This document shows positions 33,179 to 42,399 of a DNA stretch of 64,000 nt, piece after piece; position 1 is the stretch's first letter, and each line of letters begins with the position of its first letter. Position numbers and translations under genes: made by a program. The notes beneath the pieces were generated by a model that was given only the letters and a program-made list of their open reading frames with translations, was not told the origin of the DNA and made no database searches. Source of the DNA: an uncultured Acidobacteriota bacterium. GTDB taxonomy: Bacteria > Acidobacteriota > Thermoanaerobaculia > UBA5066 > Gp7-AA6. The stretch covers positions 1,453,828 through 1,517,827 of the forward strand of contig CAWDUQ010000002.1 of assembly GCA_963805495.1 (NCBI GenBank), written 5' to 3'.

Positions 33179-33709
33179 TCACACGGGGCACTTTGCCGCG
33201 ATCCGGCGCACGGTGGTCACGTTGCGGATCGTCGTCGGCATCCCGAGCGTCTTCTCGAGACGCGGCCCCGAAAACACGGAGTCCGCGAAGCTCGTCCGGC
33301 AGTGCCAATAGAGCTCGCGGCCGATGACACGGATGTCGTCGGTCGCCGTGGCGCAGTCGCGCAGCCGCTTCGTCGCGGCAGCCGCCGGCGCGTCCGAAAG
33401 GAAACCGATGTAGAGGCGATCGCCCTCGCCGAGCGCGAACGGCTCCCGCCGGGCGGCCGCCGCGAGCTCGGCCGGAGTCCGCAGAAACGTCGCGACCTCG
33501 TAGCCGAGCGCCTCCTCGAGGCTCGCCTCGAGCCGGGCCGCGAGCGCGGTTTCGGCCTTCGACGAAGAATCGAAGATCACGTTCCCGCTGGCGATGACGG
33601 TCGCGACGCCGGTGCACCCCGCCTTCTCGAAGATGCGTCGGAGCGCATCCATCTTCACGACGTGCCCTCCGACGTTGATCGCCCGCAGGAACGCGACGTA
33701 GCGCGGCAT
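33179..33709 (-). CDS. DUF1697-family protein.
   Basis: MPRYVAFLRAINVGGHVVKMDALRRIFEKAG is the signature N-terminus of DUF1697. Confidence 0.7.
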   Translation of the reverse strand: MPRYVAFLRAINVGGHVVKMDALRRIFEKAGCTGVATVIASGNVIFDSSSKAETALAARLEASLEEALGYEVATFLRTPAELAAAARREPFALGEGDRLYIGFLSDAPAAAATKRLRDCATATDDIRVIGRELYWHCRTSFADSVFSGPRLEKTLGMPTTIRNVTTVRRIAAKCPV

Positions 33710-33767
33710 TCGAGCCAAGAGTCTAACCCCCGGGACGACCCGATCGGCCGGGCGGACGAGACCCCGG

Positions 33768-34865
33768 CTACGGAGCTCGCGGTCCGACGAGCGGCGGGCG
33801 CCGGGCATCGAGATGGACGACGCTTCCGCCGGTATTGGCGTAGAGGCGCAGACAACCGTCAGCGAGGTCGAGCTGCCGCGGCGTCGGCGCCACCGTCAAG
33901 GTCTCCCAGGACCGGCCGCCATCGCGACTGACGCTGATCGATCCGTAATCGTTCCAGGGAGCCGCCGAGAATCCTGGGCCTTTGAGATCGGCCGCGTAGA
34001 TCGGCGACCCCTCGCAAGGATCGAACACGAGGTCCGAGACGTAAGCCTCGTGAAAATCGGCCGAGTTCCAGGTACGGCCGGCGTCCTCCGAGACGAATAC
34101 GCCGCCGCAGAGGAGTCCATAGCCCCGAATCGGCCCGGGGAAAAAGGACGTGAGCGCTCCCGTGCCGGCGACCATCCGATCGGGGTCCTCGGGGTCGACG
34201 ACGAGCGCGGTCAGGTGGGGACAGGCGGGCGGCGGCGACGCCACGAGGTCCCAGAAATACCCTCCCGTTCTGCTGCGAAACACGCCGTTGCCCGCGACTG
34301 CGAGAAGCGCGCCGCCAGCCTGGATGTCGAGCCTCACGTCGCCTGTGAACGGGGCTGGAAGTTCCCTCCACGTGTCGCCCCCATCATCGCTCCGCACGAA
34401 GCGATTGTTGGCGGACAAGGCGATGTCGACGGAACGCGGGTCGCCGGGGTCGAAGGCGATCGAGTGCTGGTGGACGTAGCCCGGAGAAAAGCTGGCCACG
34501 AGGGTCCATGTGGCCCCGGAGTCGAGCGAACGGTAGAGGAAGCTGTCTCCGACGTCGTTCGTCGCCGCGAACAGCCGCGCGGGATCGTTCGGATCGACCC
34601 GCAGGTCGCCGGGCCACTGGCCGTCGGGTCCCGTCGCCAGGCTGGTCCACGAAGCACCCGCGTCCGTGCTCTTGAAGACGGCGGTCCGTGAAGAATCCCA
34701 CCCGAGACCATAGACCGTCGCGTCGTCGTCGGGCGCCAGGGCGAAAACGCTCATCCACGGCGGGCCGCTCCACCGGAAAGCCTCCCCGGTTCGCTCCGGG
34801 ACCATCCGAGGATCGCCGGAGGTCAATCCGGCAGCAGAGAGCGCGAAGACGAGCCAGCAAAGCAA
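33768..34865 (-). CDS. BNR/Asp-box repeat beta-propeller protein (sialidase-like/Ycf48-like), secreted.
   Basis: Repeated SxDxGxTW boxes: STDAGASW, SLDSGATW, SDDGGDTW, SEDAGRTW, SRDGGRSW. Confidence 0.75.
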   Translation of the reverse strand: MLCWLVFALSAAGLTSGDPRMVPERTGEAFRWSGPPWMSVFALAPDDDATVYGLGWDSSRTAVFKSTDAGASWTSLATGPDGQWPGDLRVDPNDPARLFAATNDVGDSFLYRSLDSGATWTLVASFSPGYVHQHSIAFDPGDPRSVDIALSANNRFVRSDDGGDTWRELPAPFTGDVRLDIQAGGALLAVAGNGVFRSRTGGYFWDLVASPPPACPHLTALVVDPEDPDRMVAGTGALTSFFPGPIRGYGLLCGGVFVSEDAGRTWNSADFHEAYVSDLVFDPCEGSPIYAADLKGPGFSAAPWNDYGSISVSRDGGRSWETLTVAPTPRQLDLADGCLRLYANTGGSVVHLDARRPPLVGPRAP

Positions 34866-34946
34866 CCTGAAGGAGTATACGCAGGCGCTCGCCGGGACGT
34901 CGCAATCACACGCGACGGCGTCCGGCTCACCGCGGCCCGATCGGCC

Positions 34947-35372
34947 TCACCGCCTTTCGGCGACGTAGATCTTGTTGACGATCTTCCAGTCGTCGCCGAG
35001 CTTCAGGAGGTTCAGGTAGTCGGTGTAGGTCGACCCGGGGTAAGCCTCGACCACCTTCACCGCGGCGGCGGAGCCGGTCACGTCAACGCTGACGATGCGC
35101 AGGTCTCCCTTTTCCTCCTGGCCGGCGCTCTTCGCGAAGCCCTCGTACCACTGCTCCTGCGTGAGCTGGCCGAGAGTTCCGTCCTTCTTTCGGAAGTAGA
35201 GCCTCGCCTCGGGATAAAAGGCCTTCCGGAAACTGTCGACGTCGTTGAACTTGAGACCGTGCAGGTACGTCTCGACCGTCCGGCGGACCGCGGCGTCGTC
35301 GGACGCGGGCTCCGCGGCGCGAACCGCCGCCGCGCACGCCAGGACGAGACCGAATGCCAGGGCTCTCCTCAC
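34947..35372 (-). CDS. Secreted NTF2-like small protein.
   Basis: Signal MRRALAFGLVLACAAAVRAA. ~120-aa cone-like domain. Confidence 0.5.
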   Translation of the reverse strand: MRRALAFGLVLACAAAVRAAEPASDDAAVRRTVETYLHGLKFNDVDSFRKAFYPEARLYFRKKDGTLGQLTQEQWYEGFAKSAGQEEKGDLRIVSVDVTGSAAAVKVVEAYPGSTYTDYLNLLKLGDDWKIVNKIYVAERR

Positions 35373-35905
35373 CGTGCCTCCTTCTGTGCCTCCAGGCGCA
35401 TCGAGTCGAAGAACGCGTCGACCGCGGCCTCGTGGAGAATGTCCCGCGTCTCGGCCGTGTAGGTGATGCTGTAGAAGCCGTCGCCCGCGTCGATGATGAT
35501 GACGCGATGCGGCGGCGGCCGGTCGGGCTTCGAGCCGTAGAGTTCGACGCTCAGGTACCGGATCTTGCCGGGGTCGAGCCCTTTCGGCTGCCAGCGCTCC
35601 GCGAGCATGTCCGGGAAGGACTGGCGCGTGACGGCCATGTCGGCTCGGACGAACGACTCGAGGTCGGCGAGCGCCGGGACGTTCGGGTCCTTCGCCTGGT
35701 ACGCGATCGCAATCGCGCGGTCGGTGTTCTCCGGAGTCCTCCCCTTCGGGAGAAACATCAGCTCGACGCCGGCCTTGCGGGCCCCGGGCGCATCCATCAC
35801 CCAGCCCGGAGGGACGTCGTACGCGAGCGTGGCGGGCGCCGGCTTGCCCGCGGCCGTCGCCGCGAGGGCCGCCGCCAGGACAAGGCCGCGCCGGAGGGCT
35901 CGCAC
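35369..35905 (-). CDS. Secreted hypothetical protein.
   Basis: GTG start 2 nt after the argF stop. Signal VRALRRGLVLAAALAATAAG. Well-behaved ORF. Confidence 0.5.
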   Translation of the reverse strand: MRALRRGLVLAAALAATAAGKPAPATLAYDVPPGWVMDAPGARKAGVELMFLPKGRTPENTDRAIAIAYQAKDPNVPALADLESFVRADMAVTRQSFPDMLAERWQPKGLDPGKIRYLSVELYGSKPDRPPPHRVIIIDAGDGFYSITYTAETRDILHEAAVDAFFDSMRLEAQKEAR

Positions 35906-35907
35906 GG

Positions 35908-36915
35908 TCAGCCGAGGGTCGCCACGAGAATGGCCTTGATCGTGTGCATCCGATTCTCGGCCTGGTCGAAGACGATCGACGCGGGCGACTCGAAGACTTC
36001 CTCGGCCACTTCGAGGCCCTCCAGGCCGAACCTGGCGTACAGCTCCTCGCCCTTGGTCGTCTCCCGGTTGTGGAAGGCGGGCAGGCAGTGCATGAACTTC
36101 GCGCTCGGGTTGCCGGTCGCCTTCATGAGCGCCGCGGTCACCCGGTACTTCCTGAGCGCCTGAATGCGCTCGCCCCAGGCGGCGGCGGGCTCGCCCATCG
36201 ACACCCAGACGTCGGTGTGGACGAAGTCGCAGCCCTTGACGCCCTTCCTGGGGTCCTCGGTCAGCGTCAGCCGGGCGCCCGAGTCCTTCGCGAGAGCACG
36301 CGCCCGCGCGACGACGTCGGAACCTGGCCAGAGCGCTTTCGGCGCGGCAAGGCGAACGTCCATCCCCATGCGGGCCCCGACGAGGAGGAGCGAGTTGCCC
36401 ATGTTGTTGCGCGCGTCGCCGAGGTAGCAGTACGCGACCCGGTGGAGCGGCTTCTCGGAGTGCTCCTCCATCGTCAGCAGGTCCGCGAGCATCTGCGTCG
36501 GGTGCGACTCGTCCGTGAGGCCGTTGTAGACGGGCACGCCCGAGGAACGCGCCAGCTCCTCGACGACGGTCTGCCGGAAGCCCCGGTACTCGATCGCGTC
36601 GTACATCCGCCCGAGAACGCGCGCCGTGTCCCGGATCGACTCCTTGTGGCCGATCTGCGAACCCGACGGGTCGAGGTAGGTGACGCCCATCCCCTGGTCG
36701 TACGCGGCGACCTCGAACGCGCAGCGCGTGCGGGTCGAGGTCTTCTCGAAAATGAGGCAGAGGTTGCGGCCTTTCAGCCTCGCGACCTCGGTGCCGGCGT
36801 ACTTGGCGCGCTTGAGGTCCTTCGACAGGTCGAGCAGAAAGCGAATCTCGTCCCGAGAGAAGTCGGACATCTCCAGGACGCTTCGGTTCTTCAGGTTCAC
36901 TGGCATGAGCGTCAT
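35908..36915 (-). CDS. argF: Ornithine carbamoyltransferase.
   Basis: [11 protein letters not shown] carbamoyl-phosphate motif, [18 protein letters not shown] and HCLPAFH motifs. Confidence 0.93.
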   Translation of the reverse strand: MTLMPVNLKNRSVLEMSDFSRDEIRFLLDLSKDLKRAKYAGTEVARLKGRNLCLIFEKTSTRTRCAFEVAAYDQGMGVTYLDPSGSQIGHKESIRDTARVLGRMYDAIEYRGFRQTVVEELARSSGVPVYNGLTDESHPTQMLADLLTMEEHSEKPLHRVAYCYLGDARNNMGNSLLLVGARMGMDVRLAAPKALWPGSDVVARARALAKDSGARLTLTEDPRKGVKGCDFVHTDVWVSMGEPAAAWGERIQALRKYRVTAALMKATGNPSAKFMHCLPAFHNRETTKGEELYARFGLEGLEVAEEVFESPASIVFDQAENRMHTIKAILVATLG

Positions 36916-37039
36916 TCTCTCCCGAGTTCAAAGCGGGCGGGGACGAGCCGTCCACCGAAGGCAAGCCACCGGCATTAGGCAACGCCGGGCGAAGCCCGGC
37001 GGTAACCCGCCCCTACGACCGAGGGCTTCGCACCCGGTA

Positions 37040-37702
37040 TCAATCGACCGGCTCCCAGGGCGGAGGCGGGTGAACACCGGCCGCCCGGTCGACTTCCCGG
37101 GTGATCGCATCGACCGCGGCCCCGATCTTCGCCAGCGCCTCTTCGTCCGGCATCTCCTCCGGAATCGCGAAGGGCTCGCCGTACCCGACCACGCAGCGCG
37201 AAAACGGCTTCGGAATCATGTAGCTGTCCCACGACCTCAGGAACAGCGGACGGGTGCAGGAATAGGTGTGCGGCAGGATCCAGGCGCCGGTCTCACGCAC
37301 CAGGCGCAGGACCCCCGGCTGGACGACACGCGGCGGCCCCTTCGGACCGTCGACGGTCAGGGCGGCGGTATGCCCGGCCCGCACACGCGCGATCATCTGC
37401 TGCAGCGCCGTGCCGCCGCCCTTTCCGGTCGAGCCCCGCGCGGCAATGTAGCCGTGCCGGACGAGCCACCGGGCGATGAGCTCGCCGTCCTTCGAACGCG
37501 AGGCCATGGTCACCATGCCCTCGCGGACATGGATCATCGCCGGCAGGATCAACCGGCCGTGCCAGAGCGTGTACGCGATCGGGACCCTGCGCGCGAGAAG
37601 GGACGTCTCGTGTTCCGGGTGAAGCGTCTCGATCCGAAGCGTGGCGCGCAGGCCGAAGACACCGGCGGCAACGAGGCCGGCCTTGAAGCTCGCGCCCGGC
37701 AT
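37040..37702 (-). CDS. Lysophospholipid acyltransferase-family protein (DUF374).
   Basis: Single N-terminal TM. IAARGSTGKGG..TVDGPKGP motifs characteristic of the DUF374/LPLAT family. Confidence 0.6.
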   Translation of the reverse strand: MPGASFKAGLVAAGVFGLRATLRIETLHPEHETSLLARRVPIAYTLWHGRLILPAMIHVREGMVTMASRSKDGELIARWLVRHGYIAARGSTGKGGGTALQQMIARVRAGHTAALTVDGPKGPPRVVQPGVLRLVRETGAWILPHTYSCTRPLFLRSWDSYMIPKPFSRCVVGYGEPFAIPEEMPDEEALAKIGAAVDAITREVDRAAGVHPPPPWEPVD

Positions 37703-37708
37703 CGAACT

Positions 37709-38839
37709 TTACGGGCGACCGGCGGCCGCGAAGTGGGCCGCGACCTTTTCGTAGACGCTCGGAATGACCTCGGGCACCTTCTTGACGCCCTGGGTGAAGA
37801 CGGCCACGATGAAGTCGGACCCGTTGGGGAGTGCGACCCGCGCCACGAGGTGATGGAAGTCGTAGGCGTCGCCGGACTTGGCCCACACGCGGCTGCCCTT
37901 CGGCAGGTTCTGCCCCGCCAGGCGCGCGTCCTCGAGCTCGAGGTCCTCGAGGGCCTCGCTCCCGGTGATGTCCCGCGCGAGGAGCATGAGCATCTGGTCG
38001 GTCAGGGCCTCGCCGGCCACCTCGCCCCGGACGATCTCCTTGAAGATCCGGGCGGCCTCCGCCGCCGTCATGCGGTTGCGGTTCTTTCCGCCGTCGCGAA
38101 ACGCCTGCTCCCGCCCGTAGGCGTCCTCGCAGAAGGTTTTCTGGTTGGCGTTCAGGTTCGCGTACCCGCGCCCGCGGTACCAGTCGTTCACGACGTTGCG
38201 CTTCGACTTCCAGCGTTCCCACTCGGCGCCCGAAAGCTCGGGGCCAGAGGTCGTGCCCGTGATCGAGTCGACCACGAAGCCCGTCGCGTCGTTCGAGGAG
38301 ATCGTGATCATGTCCCGGACGGCCCGGACGAGCTCCGGCGTGTCGTCGAGCTTGCCGGCCTGCTTGCGCGACTCATAGTAGGAGAGGAAGCACAGCTTCA
38401 CGACCGAGCAGGGGTAGTAGGAGGCGTCACCCCGGTATGAGCCGGCGGGGAACGAGGCGTCGGGAACCGGCGCCGTCATGTCGATGACGGCGATCGAGAG
38501 ACCCTGCTCGGTCAGGCCGCGGCCGGCGAACTGCTCGACGGTCTCGGCGGCGATCTTCGCCAGGGCCGCGTCGAGCGCGGGGGACGGGTCGAGCTTCGAA
38601 ATCGGCGCGGGCCCTTCCGCCGCCGACAGCGCCGCCGCGAGGCCGAGCGCGGCGACCGTTCCGGCCGCAAGCCTCAGGAGCGCGCCTCCCGCGACCCGGG
38701 GAAGGAGAGCGGCGCCCGGGCCGGGGGAAGCGAGGCCGCGTTGCGCTTCCGGGCGCGCAGGACCAGAAAAACCAGGGTCCCGGCCATGGAGAACGGCACC
38801 GCGATCATCAGCAGGATCGACAGGTACATCCCGCGCCAC
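37709..38839 (-). CDS. Class A beta-lactamase-like serine hydrolase (SxxK). The start is uncertain; it is probably near 38677 (CTG overlapping the upstream TGA).
   Basis: SVVK (SxxK) and SSNDA (SDN-like) motifs. Signal-like LRLAAGTVAALGLAAALSAA. The longest ORF overlaps the small CPLC gene by 166 nt. Confidence 0.6.
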   Translation of the reverse strand: MARDVPVDPADDRGAVLHGRDPGFSGPARPEAQRGLASPGPGAALLPRVAGGALLRLAAGTVAALGLAAALSAAEGPAPISKLDPSPALDAALAKIAAETVEQFAGRGLTEQGLSIAVIDMTAPVPDASFPAGSYRGDASYYPCSVVKLCFLSYYESRKQAGKLDDTPELVRAVRDMITISSNDATGFVVDSITGTTSGPELSGAEWERWKSKRNVVNDWYRGRGYANLNANQKTFCEDAYGREQAFRDGGKNRNRMTAAEAARIFKEIVRGEVAGEALTDQMLMLLARDITGSEALEDLELEDARLAGQNLPKGSRVWAKSGDAYDFHHLVARVALPNGSDFIVAVFTQGVKKVPEVIPSVYEKVAAHFAAAGRP

Positions 38840-38964
38840 ACTCCCGCACCGCCGTCGTCCGCCTCGCTGCAGAGCGGACAGGCCGACGCGACGGCCGCCA
38901 GGACGACCGCTCCCAGGGCCGCGATCGCGACGATGCGGAGAAGCCTCTTTCCGGAAGCGCTCAT
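38674..38964 (-). CDS. Small membrane protein with a CPLC motif (two TM helices), downstream of DUF420.
   Basis: AAGGTGA Shine-Dalgarno sequence 6 nt upstream of the ATG. MSASGKRLLRIVAIAALGAVVLAAVASACPLCSEADD...LSILLMIAVPFSMAGTLVFLVL. Confidence 0.45.
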   Translation of the reverse strand: MSASGKRLLRIVAIAALGAVVLAAVASACPLCSEADDGGAGVWRGMYLSILLMIAVPFSMAGTLVFLVLRARKRNAASLPPARAPLSFPGSREARS

Positions 38965-38969
38965 CGCCT

Positions 38970-39410
38970 TCACCTTACCCGAATCGGGCCGGGATCGTAA
39001 AGCTGGTAGAGCATCAGGTAGATCACGACCCCGGTGACCGAGACGTAGAGCCACAGCGGGAACGTCCAGCGCGCCAGGCGCCGGTGCTTCTCGTCCCGGC
39101 GCTTCAGGCCCAGGTAGAGGGTCCGGAGGACCATCGGCACGATGGCGGCGGCGAGGATCGTGTGCGTGGTCAGGATCGTGAAGTACACGAGGCGCACGGG
39201 GCCCTGGCCCGTGAAGCGCACCGAACCGACCGCGGCGTGGTAGACGAGGTAGCAGACGAGGAACACGGCGGAGGTCGAGGCGGCGGCCAGCATCAGCGCC
39301 CGGTGCCGGTCGATCTTCCGGGCCCGGATGGCCCGGTAGCCGAGGACGAGCAGGACCGCGCTCGCCGCGTTCAGCGTCGCGTTGACGGCAGGAAGCTGGG
39401 TGATGTTCAC
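38970..39410 (-). CDS. DUF420-family membrane protein (associated with cytochrome oxidase operons).
   Basis: 4-TM protein. Resembles DUF420 proteins found in caa3/aa3 operons. Confidence 0.6.
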   Translation of the reverse strand: MNITQLPAVNATLNAASAVLLVLGYRAIRARKIDRHRALMLAAASTSAVFLVCYLVYHAAVGSVRFTGQGPVRLVYFTILTTHTILAAAIVPMVLRTLYLGLKRRDEKHRRLARWTFPLWLYVSVTGVVIYLMLYQLYDPGPIRVR

Positions 39411-39424
39411 GGGCGGCTCTCGCC

Positions 39425-39475
39425 CCCGGTCGTAGGGGCGGCCCTTGCGGCCGCCCGAGGGCGGGGACGAGCCCC
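39425..39475. repeat. GC-rich nested palindromic REP-like element (copy 1).
   Basis: ccccggtcgtaggggcggcccttgcggccgccc shares 32/33 nt with 57949..57981. GGGCGGCC/GGCCGCCC 8-bp stem. Outer gtaggggcgg/ccgcccctac arms. Confidence 0.6.
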
Positions 39476-39492
39476 GCCCCTACTCCGGAGAC

Positions 39493-40095
<603 letters not shown>

Positions 40096-40117
40096 GTCGT
40101 TGTTCGCTCCTGCTCTG

Positions 40118-40417
40118 TTACGGCCTGGGCAGAACCAGCTCGCCGATTCCGACCGACACGAGGATGCATCCCAGGATCAGCGTCGACGCGAAAAGGACGC
40201 CCATGATGCGGCGCTCGAACTTGAGGTGCATGAAGTACAGGGCGACGAGCACCGCCTTGATGATCGCGAGTCCCACGATCCCCCCGGCGAGCACGAGCTC
40301 GGAATGGTGCGGAATGATCGCCCACGCGATCTCGCCGATCGTGAGCCCCAGCAGCCACCAGAAGATGGCCATGTAGTTGGGTATCTGGTGCGTGTCGCTG
40401 TGTGCTTCGGACGACAT
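40118..40417 (-). CDS. ctaF: Cytochrome c oxidase subunit IV (bacterial CtaF-type small subunit).
   Basis: GAAGGGGGA Shine-Dalgarno sequence. 3-TM 99-aa protein. Position matches ctaF. Confidence 0.7.
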   Translation of the reverse strand: MSSEAHSDTHQIPNYMAIFWWLLGLTIGEIAWAIIPHHSELVLAGGIVGLAIIKAVLVALYFMHLKFERRIMGVLFASTLILGCILVSVGIGELVLPRP

Positions 40418-40427
40418 CGTTCCCCCT

Positions 40428-40535
40428 TCAGTGCGCTCGCGAGACGATGAAGAGAATCGACCCGAGGAAGAGACCCGCGCCGAGGCTCACGAGGATCCAG
40501 AGGACCCGGCGGTTGGTCGCGTCGGTCGCGGTCAT
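40428..40535 (-). CDS. 35-aa single-TM micro-protein translationally coupled to ctaB (ATGA overlap).
   Basis: MTATDATNRRVLWILVSLGAGLFLGSILFIVSRAH. ATG overlaps the ctaB stop. Its own stop lies 10 nt before the coxIV ATG. Confidence 0.35.
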   Translation of the reverse strand: MTATDATNRRVLWILVSLGAGLFLGSILFIVSRAH

Positions 40536-41425
40536 CGATCGAACACCATGAGCCCCAGAAGGGCCGGCAGGTACAGCACCGACGCGAGGAAGAGACGCCG
40601 CGCCGCCGGGACCGTGCGCTGCCAGGCGAAAACGAGGGTGAAGGCGAGGAAGGCCGTACCGAGCAGCAGCGCCCCCCAGAGGTAGCCCCGGCCCGCCGAG
40701 GCGAGGAACCCGGCCGCGAGGGTCACGGGCAGGAGAGCCGTGGCGTAGAGGACGGCTTGCCGGCCGGTCGAGGAGCCGTCCCGGTCGGTCACGGCGAGCA
40801 TCGGGAAGCCTCCGCGGGCGTAGTCCTCGCGGTAGAGCCAGCCGATCGCCAGGAAGTGCGGGAGCTGCCAGAGAAACAGGATGGCGAAGAGGCCCCAGCC
40901 GGCGGGGCCGAGGGACCCGCGCGCGGCGGCCCAGCCCATGAGCGGTGGCAGGGCCCCGGGTACCGCCCCGACGACCGTGCAGAGCGAGCTGACGCGCTTG
41001 AGCGGCGTGTACACGAAGACGTACGAGAAGATCGTCGCCGCGCCGAGCGCGAGGGTCAGCGGATTGACGGCCGCCAGCAGCGCCAGCCCCACGACGGAAA
41101 GGGCGATTCCGAAGGCGCGGGCGTCTTCGGGGCGGAGCCGGCCCGAGGGAATGGGACGGCGGCTCGTGCGGTGCATGAGCGCGTCGGTTTCCCGCTCGAC
41201 GTAGTTGTTGAGGGCCGAGGCTCCCCCGCACAGGAGCGCCGTGCCGGCCATGAAGATCAGGAAGGCCAGGAAAGAAAAGCTCCCCGGACCGCCGACGGCG
41301 TAGCCGACCCCGGCGGTCAGGAGGACGAGCATCGTGATGCGTGGCTTCGCGAGCTCCAGGTAGTCCCCGAAGCGCGGGGAAACCTCCCCGGCGGGCAGCG
41401 CGGCCGCGGCGGGAGCTACTTCCAC
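40532..41425 (-). CDS. ctaB: Protoheme IX farnesyltransferase (heme O synthase).
   Basis: GDYLELAKPRITMLVLLTAGVGY, NNYVERETDALMHRTSRRPIPSG and QLPHFLAIGWLYREDY motifs. GTG start inferred at 41425. Confidence 0.85.
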   Translation of the reverse strand: MEVAPAAAALPAGEVSPRFGDYLELAKPRITMLVLLTAGVGYAVGGPGSFSFLAFLIFMAGTALLCGGASALNNYVERETDALMHRTSRRPIPSGRLRPEDARAFGIALSVVGLALLAAVNPLTLALGAATIFSYVFVYTPLKRVSSLCTVVGAVPGALPPLMGWAAARGSLGPAGWGLFAILFLWQLPHFLAIGWLYREDYARGGFPMLAVTDRDGSSTGRQAVLYATALLPVTLAAGFLASAGRGYLWGALLLGTAFLAFTLVFAWQRTVPAARRLFLASVLYLPALLGLMVFDR

Positions 41426-42399
41426 CCGGCTGCCCTTCCCGGCATCGCGGGCCGGATCGGAACGACGTTGTTGCGGCGGCGGTCGAGGGCGAGCGCCGAG
41501 ACCGTCAGGGCGACGGTCGATCCCAGCAGCAGGGCGCCCGTCGCGACGTGCGCCGTCGTGAGAATGACGTCCTTCTTCGACAGCACCGTCAGCGCTCCGA
41601 GGGTGACCTGGACGGCGACGAGCCCGCACAACCCGGCGGCGGCGCGCGATAGCCCCCGGCGCCCCGAACGGAACGCGCGGACCGCCGAAGCGGCGACGAG
41701 CACGGCGATCGCGAGGGCCATGATCCGGTGAGCGAAGGCGATCGCCACGGGGAGGGTGCCGAGGGGCGGAACGATCCGCCCGAGCGCGAGCGGGAAGTCC
41801 GGAATCGCGAGTCCGGACTTCGTATGCCGCATCACGGCGCCCACCACAAGCTGCACGAAGATGACGGCGCCGGTCGCCCCGGCGAGCCGCGCGACGGGGC
41901 TCGCGCGGAACGCACCGGTGAGGCTCGCCGGTGCGGCCTCGCGGAAGCGGGGCGAAGTGGCGACGGCGATCGTGACGGTCAGGACGAAAAAGATCTGCGC
42001 CAGGCAACCGTGCGCCACGGAGATCGGCGTCGGGAGAAAGTAGATCACGGTCAGGCCGCCGAGGAGCCCCTGGGCGACGACGGCCGCGAGCGCGGCGTAG
42101 CCGAGCCTCCGCACCCACGCACGGTCTTCGCGGCGCGCGAGCCAGATCGCGAGGATGATCGTGAGAAAGCCGACGCCGGAGGCGATGAGCCGGTGCGTGT
42201 GCTCGAACCGGATGCCGCCGACCATCTTCGACAGCGGGAATGTGAACATGTTCCAGCCGTACGTGGTCGGCCAGTCGGGCACCGAGAGGCCGGACTCGGT
42301 CGACGTCACCAGCCCGCCCGCGACGATCAGCACGAGCGTCGCCGCGGCCACGAGGACCGCGTAGGCGTGGAGGCCGCGGGGACCGGGGCGATCAGCCAT
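41416..42399 (-). CDS. ctaA: Heme A synthase (COX15/CtaA).
   Basis: 8-TM protein with conserved His pairs (FEHTHRLIA, HVATGALL). ATG at 42399 overlaps the end of coxI. Confidence 0.8.
   Translation of the reverse strand: MADRPGPRGLHAYAVLVAAATLVLIVAGGLVTSTESGLSVPDWPTTYGWNMFTFPLSKMVGGIRFEHTHRLIASGVGFLTIILAIWLARREDRAWVRRLGYAALAAVVAQGLLGGLTVIYFLPTPISVAHGCLAQIFFVLTVTIAVATSPRFREAAPASLTGAFRASPVARLAGATGAVIFVQLVVGAVMRHTKSGLAIPDFPLALGRIVPPLGTLPVAIAFAHRIMALAIAVLVAASAVRAFRSGRRGLSRAAAGLCGLVAVQVTLGALTVLSKKDVILTTAHVATGALLLGSTVALTVSALALDRRRNNVVPIRPAMPGRAAGWK

Noticed and set aside
40428-41231. 267-aa ORF 40428..41231 (minus) overlapping ctaB.
   Set aside because: Only its last 35 codons (after the in-frame ATG at 40535) look protein-like. 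The remainder is an R/P/G-rich alternative frame of ctaB.
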